The notes beneath the pieces are model-generated. The model made no database searches, had not been told where the DNA came from, and saw nothing but the letters and a program-made list of their open reading frames with translations. A stretch of DNA of 63,307 nucleotides, counting the filler, from Alcyonidium flabelliforme (Eukaryota), in NCBI GenBank assembly GCA_026167845.1. It is 46 parts of 46 records of this genome, joined end to end, with 100 filler letters (N's around TTAATTAATTAA, not from the genome) between each part and the next. Parts side by side here need not be neighbours in the genome. Positions count along the whole stretch, not along the records: positions 55,553 to 56,768 come from JAOQFJ010000207.1; positions 56,869 to 58,078 come from JAOQFJ010000208.1; positions 58,179 to 59,388 come from JAOQFJ010000209.1; positions 59,489 to 60,695 come from JAOQFJ010000210.1; positions 60,796 to 62,002 come from JAOQFJ010000211.1; positions 62,103 to 63,307 come from JAOQFJ010000212.1; 40 more parts are not named here. One strand, given 5' to 3'. The position numbers and the translations under genes are program-made. Of this stretch, positions 56,663 through 63,307 are shown piece by piece (within the stretch, counting starts at the first letter, position 1; the number at the start of each line of letters is the position of its first letter).

Positions 56663-58178
56663 ATCTTTTTTATTACTCAATCTATAATCAACCAATAGCA
56701 GTACTATCTGTACACTGATTGGTCAAATAACATTGTATATGAGCAGTATCAACTATCTTCTCCTCACTNNNNNNNNNNNNNNNNNNNNNNNNNNNNNNNN
56801 NNNNNNNNNNNNTTAATTAATTAANNNNNNNNNNNNNNNNNNNNNNNNNNNNNNNNNNNNNNNNNNNNGACTGACTGCCCCGAAATCTCGGTTTATTTAA
56901 GAAGAACCCAAGAACTTTATTTTGCCAAATTAAAGCCAGCGACTTCAGAGGTATCTAAGTGCTACTATTCGAAAATACATACATTGTTATGTCTAAAATA
57001 AATTACATTTGTAAACTTTTTAAAGTTGTTTTTATGAAAAAAACCTTTTTGTCCCGATTTCCTACACTTCTCCGCTTCGCGAAAATGCTAGCCGGATACC
57101 ACGTGACTCTAAAACCTGTGACGTTTAAACGTGTAGAGTTTTCAGCCAGGGCCCACTGTGTACACAGTGTTTGTGTGTCGTCTGGTCGTGAAACCGGCAA
57201 TTTATTACTCATTATGCGCCTTTTTGCAGTATTTTCAGCATTTTAATCTAGTTTTACCTTTATAGATCAGTTTATATCTAAATAAAATCAGATTCTCTTT
57301 ATTTTTTTGCAAAAAATCATGGTTCATCGGTGCGTTGTTTTCCCGAGGTTGTGTTCAGGCCCGTTGGTTCGGGCGGTGTTTGGGTGGTGTTTTAACACTG
57401 AATGCGATTACCCGGTTCTCTTCTGATCAACATCGTTCATATCTTCAACACCACACCCTATTGCCACTTGTTCCTTGTCGCTTTCGTCAGTTAATATAGT
57501 TTTTCTAGTTCATAAACCAACTGCGTTAACCCACGGCAATCATAACCGGGATCTATTTTTAGCTCACCAGTATACGTGTTTTCCGCTAGGGTCCACCACG
57601 GTCGCTAAAAACTAAAATTGCGGAAATCGGTTTCGGGGAATTCTGTATGTGGTGAAGGATAATAACGGATTACTAATTGAAGGTATATCATGTTTTGAAG
57701 GTGAGGGTGGATATACTTTGCTTAAAGCATATAAAAAGCATACAGAAAGACCATTTTAGTGTGATCCTTGGCCTTTAAGGGACACAGAGTTGTTCGCAAC
57801 GTTGGGAAAATTAACCGGTGAGTCCAGGGATTAGAATTATAACTTTACTCAATTGATGATCTACCTGGATGACTCATATTCTACATCATATTATATTTAG
57901 AATGAGTTAAAAAAAATCACACACACAAACTTACCTTGCAGACCCTCAGATACGAGGGTCTAAAGTGGTGAGACCATTCAGAAACACAGTGCGCTTCGTC
58001 AATGCAGGCGAAGGCAACAGGTGGCAGGTCTTTATACCTGAACCCCGCCCCGCCACTATACCCCCCACCAACGAGAGANNNNNNNNNNNNNNNNNNNNNN
58101 NNNNNNNNNNNNNNNNNNNNNNTTAATTAATTAANNNNNNNNNNNNNNNNNNNNNNNNNNNNNNNNNNNNNNNNNNNN

Positions 58179-58834
58179 TTTCTAGGGCAGTGGTATCAGA
58201 CATAATGCAAAAAGCATGGTTGTTTCGTCGCAGTTTAAATTTAATGTTTGTATTGCTTAGAATTAATTTGTCTTGTTGACAGATATCCACATGCAATCGT
58301 CCCTGCAATTCCACTGGCCGTCCTCTTTGAAACCACTCGTTCCGTTCCTTGAGTCCAGCATTTGGTATAAGCGGAGGGTTTGGACTTGGATCGCATTGTT
58401 CGTGTTGTCCAGCTGTATCTTTGTAAACCATTTCTGCAGTAAGCATGGATTCCTTAGCTGCCGGTCCATAATTTAACAGGGTTTCGATCATTGCTCTATA
58501 TGCATATGTGTTATTACCTGGAGAAACGAGCTTGTCCCCCCACTTCGACATCAACATTGCTAAACAGCGAATGTAGCGTTAGGTTAACCGGTGTCACGTG
58601 AGCATTTACATCTATCGCAGTACCATCATCTTTAGTGATTTTGCCAACAATGTAAAGAAAAATATTTGCTGTATCGATGTATTCATCGGGAGTCCCCTTT
58701 AATTCAAAGTCGATTACTGTTGATGTTTCTGTTATAGCAATAGTAGCTCTAATTTCTGCAATATGACTACTTTGAATGGAAGTTTGTGCCTGTGCTCTGG
58801 AAAATACGTCCAGTTCCGTTTTAATGCCTTTCAT
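58179..58834 (-). pseudogene. Polinton/adintovirus major capsid (hexon-like) gene with a frameshift at the G5 run near 58537-58541
   Basis: KTELDVF..QTSI, EYID..IFLY, PVNLTLHSLFSNVDV, then NNTYAYRAMIETLLNYG..KDTAG, LHVDICQQDKLI. Confidence 0.9.
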
Positions 58835-58838
58835 ATTT

Positions 58839-59141
58839 TTAGTTATAAGTAGAAATTCTCACAATGCTGCTATTTTTTCGTATATGTGCTTTCTTAGTTG
58901 GTTCTTGCTTTTTTATACTTATAGCGTGCATGGTTTTGTCAATTTTGTCACGTGCTACATAAGGCGTGGCTTTACGTTTGCGCCCACCAATTTCATTGGT
59001 GTGCTGTTCTGATTTGGGATAAGGAATAATTGTACGCATCATTCTACTAACCATGCCACCTAAGCCTCCTCCGTATTGAACACGTGATCCTACAAATTTA
59101 GACAAACCCATTCCTGCTTGACCATGATATGCGTCCTCCAT
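58839..59141 (-). CDS. Polinton core (pVII-like) basic protein
   Basis: YHGQAGMG, QYGGGLGG cleavage-type motifs; between penton and hexon genes. Confidence 0.75.
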   Translation of the reverse strand: MEDAYHGQAGMGLSKFVGSRVQYGGGLGGMVSRMMRTIIPYPKSEQHTNEIGGRKRKATPYVARDKIDKTMHAISIKKQEPTKKAHIRKNSSIVRISTYN

Positions 59142-59388
59142 TATAAATAGCGTTTCCGCCTAAAATGAAGTGTACAGGTAGCTTTACCAACTCCAAACTG
59201 AACGTGTTCTCCCGTGTCTCTGCTTATATCTATCTCAATTGTATCCAAATTGTTTCTGTCCAAGGGGAGATAAATCGGATGTTCAAAATTCTTGGTGATA
59301 TTCTTGCCATTGCGACCACTAGCGTTTACAATGCGTAATAAAGTAGTCTCTGAGTCACCTACTAATTGTGGTTTTGCTACATTTGAAT
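59141..59388 (-). CDS. Polinton minor capsid (penton-like), C-terminus
   Basis: Not in the ORF track; PQLVGDSETTLLRIV..HPIYLPL..DTIEIDISRDTGEHVQF..CTLHFR; TAATG overlap with the next gene. Confidence 0.88.
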
Positions 59389-59608
59389 NNNNNNNNNNNN
59401 NNNNNNNNNNNNNNNNNNNNNNNNNNNNNNNNTTAATTAATTAANNNNNNNNNNNNNNNNNNNNNNNNNNNNNNNNNNNNNNNNNNNNATACACGACAAC
59501 AACCCAGTCATGCAAGCATGGCTAGGTATCTGGTTGTTGTGAGGTGGCAAAGACTGCCTAAAAACTACAAGTGTTGCAAAGTTTTTCTAGTAAACACAGT
59601 ATAGCAAA

Positions 59609-59809
59609 CTATATTGCTGGCTCGTTAGAAACTTCCTCGTCTGCCACCCATTTATCATCAAGCCAACGCCATATGCTCTCGTAGTCTGGCGGTCGCTTTA
59701 AAGTAAAGTCTTCACCATCCTTCATGTCGAAAAGCACACCATCCGTACTGCCTGCGCTCTCTCTTAGTAGCTGTCCATTGTTTTTGTCGTAGATATACAA
59801 TGTTATCAT
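59609..59809 (-). CDS. Small phage tail-associated protein
   Basis: ATGA overlap with the tail gene; DFTLKRPP...WRWLDDKWV. Confidence 0.65.
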   Translation of the reverse strand: MITLYIYDKNNGQLLRESAGSTDGVLFDMKDGEDFTLKRPPDYESIWRWLDDKWVADEEVSNEPAI

Positions 59810-60695
59810 CGTTTTGCCCCTATAATATGTAGCGACCTAGCTGCCACCGTGACGGGATAAGGCGCTTGATCGTTCACAGAAAGACCGGGGTTTAACCCCC
59901 TGCTTTCTAACGTTACCGTGTAAGTATGTTCCCCAGATGGCGGGATATCCAGTATGGTGGCAAAGTTTCTATAGTCCATATTCCATATAGTGTAATCATA
60001 TTCCATATAAGTATTCCCAGTGCCACCAACCTGTCTCTCATTATACCTAGAACCCGTTTTTTCTAAACGCATAGTACGCAGAACAGTCGACCCTCTCTTA
60101 ATCCTTAAGTATATTTTTCCGTCAAGCTCGCTCGTTTCCCGACCTCTTGATCTTGCGTACAGTTTTTCAAATCCAAAGTTGATTGTAACCCCGCCACCCG
60201 CTGCGTTTATAGTGACGCTATTGATTACCTCTTCGGTATCAATCGTATAAAAATCAAAGTTGTATGGGTTAAAATCAATCCTTGGCACTATCACAGCCTC
60301 ACCTTTTATCTGCAAGGTGTCAACTTGAGCGTTACCTATCTTCGCACTGGTAATGGTGCCATTCATGATATAGGCGCTGGTCATATAGGTGCCAACGGGT
60401 ACAGCGACACCATTAATGGTCATGGGCGTATTGACTACCGTGAAGGGCGTACTTGATGATCCGCTTGGACCTGCTACTGCAAAGGTGCTGGCACGAACGA
60501 TAAAGTCTACCGTTTCACCATCATTGCCAAAACCAATACCGCCGACCAAGCCATTAACATCGGCACGAATACCCCATGAGGCATAAGTCCCATTACTTGA
60601 GTTCTTTATTTCCTCGATGGAGGATGTGTGCCCATTAACGGTTGTTTGCAAAGTGTTGACCGTTTCTGCGTAAGCGTCTAACTCGCCAGCCCTAA
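59806..60695 (-). CDS. Phage tail tip / host-specificity protein J C-terminal region (DUF1983-like; 5' truncated)
   Basis: DVNGLVGGIG, DFIVRASTFAV..PFTV, YMTSAYIMNGTITSAKIG, VDTLQIKGEAV. Confidence 0.88.
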
Positions 60696-60795
60696 NNNNN
60701 NNNNNNNNNNNNNNNNNNNNNNNNNNNNNNNNNNNNNNNTTAATTAATTAANNNNNNNNNNNNNNNNNNNNNNNNNNNNNNNNNNNNNNNNNNNN

Positions 60796-61497
60796 GTCGA
60801 AGGATCACCTACCACGCAGATGACTTTCACAATCCTGAATTTGCAACTTCTGGAAATATCAGACAAAATCTGCGTGGGCACAGAGCGTGGTTTGATGTCA
60901 GAATGGAGCCTCGCTGGGCTTGAGACTGAGTTATTCCGCATAGAGAAACAGTGCAGCGAGATTTACACCGAAGTCAGTGAATCTGACTCGCAGCTTGGAT
61001 CTCACCCAGGGATCCAGGGCATACTGCACTGCTATATCAACTATCTGCTTCATCTTCTCTTCCTGCCTGCTCTCCAGCGATACCTAAATGGGGACATCGC
61101 ACCTGGGACAAGAATATCTCAGTTGAAGTGCATTGCCTTTGCAAAGGCCTCATTACAGTGTTTCAACCTTTTGGCTGAGGACAAGCAGTCCAAATCCTAT
61201 GGTTGGTATATTCGAGGTCTCGGAAGTTACTATGCTGAGCAGTCAGCATATACCCTCAGCAGAAGTCGTGCAGCGCTACAAGAAAATGACCAATACCAAG
61301 AGGTCAGGCCTATACTGAAACGTACGTTGGAAATATTTTCTGCATCCTCGGACCGCAGCATATTCTCTACAAGAGGAGCGTTTGTTATTGAAAATCAATG
61401 TATGTCTCGGTCATCCAAAGCTATTTCTCGAGCATGCATATCTAACTTCACTTCAGGATTCCATGCGGAACACTTGGGACGAGGGGACGGTACTTGA
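60796..61497 (+). CDS. Fungal transcription-factor-like protein, C-terminal region
   Basis: Leu-rich helical region, LLHLLFLP..C...A, SYGWYIRGLGSYYA; resembles the C-terminal part of fungal Zn2Cys6 factors. Confidence 0.55.
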   Translation, partial: VEGSPTTQMTFTILNLQLLEISDKICVGTERGLMSEWSLAGLETELFRIEKQCSEIYTEVSESDSQLGSHPGIQGILHCYINYLLHLLFLPALQRYLNGDIAPGTRISQLKCIAFAKASLQCFNLLAEDKQSKSYGWYIRGLGSYYAEQSAYTLSRSRAALQENDQYQEVRPILKRTLEIFSASSDRSIFSTRGAFVIENQCMSRSSKAISRACISNFTSGFHAEHLGRGDGT

Positions 61498-62103
61498 TCT
61501 GGTTGAAATTACGGGTGAATAGGCCTTTTTGAGTTTGTCCAAGTTGAAATATTCAATATCTTAGTGTAATATAGAAGACCCATTTATTGCTTTCTTTATA
61601 AGCCACTTAGTATTTCGCTTGCTTTCGAAGCCATCAACCTTCGATCTGGTAAAGCCTACCCTTGAAACTTGTGTATCGCTTTTTATAAAACGTCCGGAGT
61701 CGCATGCATTGATGTAGAATGGAATGGTTTCGTAATGGGCCCAATGGGTGGATCCTCCAATGGTCGTAGCCGAAAAGCTGCGAGCTAAAATTTCGAGCTG
61801 ACCGTCTTTTTAGGCCTGCATCACTCAATATTTACGTTTTAGTTCGATAGTACCCGAAGAATGTGGTATTCCCCCATGCGTAGTTGCGTTCCCATCTTCC
61901 CATGGAAGGCTAGTGCGACCCACGCCATAGACTGGCTGCTCAGTCGCGGCAGTATAAAAGACCACATTTCCCCAACATTGAAAGGTGGCATAGGATCGAT
62001 ATNNNNNNNNNNNNNNNNNNNNNNNNNNNNNNNNNNNNNNNNNNNNTTAATTAATTAANNNNNNNNNNNNNNNNNNNNNNNNNNNNNNNNNNNNNNNNNN
62101 NNA

Positions 62104-62199
62104 GATGATACCGCATTTGAAAGCATGTTAGCTGAGCTTAGAGACGGGCTACTGCCTATGCTAATGAATGGTCAGGTGACAGTGAGATCGTCATTATAG
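62104..62199 (+). CDS. hsdS: Type I restriction-modification specificity subunit, extreme C-terminus
   Basis: Not in the ORF track; LAELRDGLLPMLMNGQVTV is the conserved HsdS terminal motif. Confidence 0.75.
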   Translation, partial: DDTAFESMLAELRDGLLPMLMNGQVTVRSSL

Positions 62200-62312
62200 G
62201 TTTCAAGTTTATATTTCAAATAAATTATTATAACTACTAATAAACAATTATTAATAACATAATAGTGTTCCTCACTTGATAGCTTCGGGCTTAAAACCAA
62301 AAAGGATTTAAA

Positions 62313-63307
62313 ATGAACTTTGTTGACATGCAGGAAACTTTAACTGACTTAATAAAGCTTTATAGAACAAGAGGTTTATCCTTAAGAAACCATGTAAATC
62401 CATTGATTAAAGATGCTGGACTAGTCACTCAAGCCTCATGGAATAATACTTTAGCTCATATACAACAGTACGATGAAAGCGAAATAACTAGAGATCAGTT
62501 TGGAAAAACTATAGAAGGGTTTAGAAAAGACTTATTTAATAGAATTCTGTATGATAATAAGTTTATTAGTATCGTAGATAATGTCTCAAACTATGACGAA
62601 ATAAAAGTCAGCTTAGAGCAGCTTTCTTGTGAGAAGTTTGATAAACAAACTGCAAGTGATTTAATCAACCTTGAAGAAGATAGTACTTGTTATAAGTCTA
62701 CAGTTGGTTCTGCAACAGCATATATATTTAAAGAAATAAGAAAATATAGTGTGAAAGAAGAGCTAAATATTAATTCGCTTAAACTTGAGTATCAAAATGA
62801 TGGGTATGACAAGTTAGTAGCTTTTGTCGATATTCTGCTTCCATGTTTCGATAGTATTATTATGGATGATGAAAGGCAGAGGATCATACTTGCAGCAGAC
62901 TTGTCGAGTATTTTTTATGTTGATCATTTAAGAGCAGCTTTGGCTTACCTAAGAACAATTATTAGAAAAAAAACGGCTGAAGAGATAAAAGTATCAGATA
63001 AAAATGTTAATTTCTTTCCTGCAATTCAGAAGCTGTATGAAGAAGACATTGGCGATGTTAAAGAACTAGCTTTTAAAACCGACGATGGTGTAGCACATTA
63101 CGAGAATGCTAAAAGGGGAATTCCAAGTATAAAAGATGGGGATTTTCACATAGCAGGCTCCGATGTAGCAGATATCGAAGCCTACAGAATTAGAAAAACG
63201 TATTCATCAAATACTCCGAATCAAGAAAATTCAGTATATTTAGCTAGTTCTTGGTACGTGCTTAATGGAATTAAAACTGATCGTAAGCTTGGTGAAGCAA
63301 CAATTTC
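62313..63307 (+). CDS. Unknown protein (>330 aa, 3' truncated) directly downstream of hsdS
   Basis: Not in the ORF track; AAGGA RBS, MNFVDMQETLTDLIKLYRTRG..., open to the window end. Confidence 0.85.
   Translation, partial: MNFVDMQETLTDLIKLYRTRGLSLRNHVNPLIKDAGLVTQASWNNTLAHIQQYDESEITRDQFGKTIEGFRKDLFNRILYDNKFISIVDNVSNYDEIKVSLEQLSCEKFDKQTASDLINLEEDSTCYKSTVGSATAYIFKEIRKYSVKEELNINSLKLEYQNDGYDKLVAFVDILLPCFDSIIMDDERQRIILAADLSSIFYVDHLRAALAYLRTIIRKKTAEEIKVSDKNVNFFPAIQKLYEEDIGDVKELAFKTDDGVAHYENAKRGIPSIKDGDFHIAGSDVADIEAYRIRKTYSSNTPNQENSVYLASSWYVLNGIKTDRKLGEATI

Noticed and set aside
59806..60300. Diversity-generating retroelement target in the tail protein
   Set aside because: No template repeat or RT on the fragment
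1364..62102. Regularly spaced TTAATTAATTAA repeats as a CRISPR or other biological array
   Set aside because: Always embedded in exactly 44+44 N; it is an artificial six-frame-stop linker
1..63307. Operons or horizontal transfer inferred across spacers (e.g. phage genes beside LINEs)
   Set aside because: Fragments are independent contigs ordered by length, so adjacency is meaningless

Overview
This window is not one genomic locus. It is a concatenation of 46 independent short contigs (about 1.2-1.36 kb, sorted by decreasing length) joined by 45 identical artificial 100-nt spacers (44 N + TTAATTAATTAA + 44 N), so gene context is only meaningful within a fragment. The content resembles a marine invertebrate-associated metagenome or virome. 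It includes: (i) animal transposon fragments (LINE, R4/Dong, Penelope, Ty3/gypsy, Helitron-type helicase, hAT, Tc1/mariner-type MITEs) and Polinton/adintovirus pieces; (ii) fungal DNA, including a RIP-mutated repeat; (iii) gammaproteobacterial chromosome, plasmid and prophage fragments (ParA, Rep, fliS-maf, M12 protease, VasX-like toxin, PAPS-reductase family, hsdS); (iv) several GC-rich siphovirus fragments (HK97 capsid, HNH, RecT, tail chaperone/tape measure). The most interesting candidates are: a MORC/GHKL ATPase coupled to an orphan methyltransferase (putative defence module); a DUF4338/Mom-like gene inside a probable IS66-like element; a plasmid replicon with a predicted counter-transcribed RNA and leader peptide; minimal hammerhead ribozymes including a U3-A8 core variant; a -1 frameshift site in a tail chaperone; and an unknown ORF directly after hsdS. 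All family assignments come from recognising motifs by eye, with no database search.
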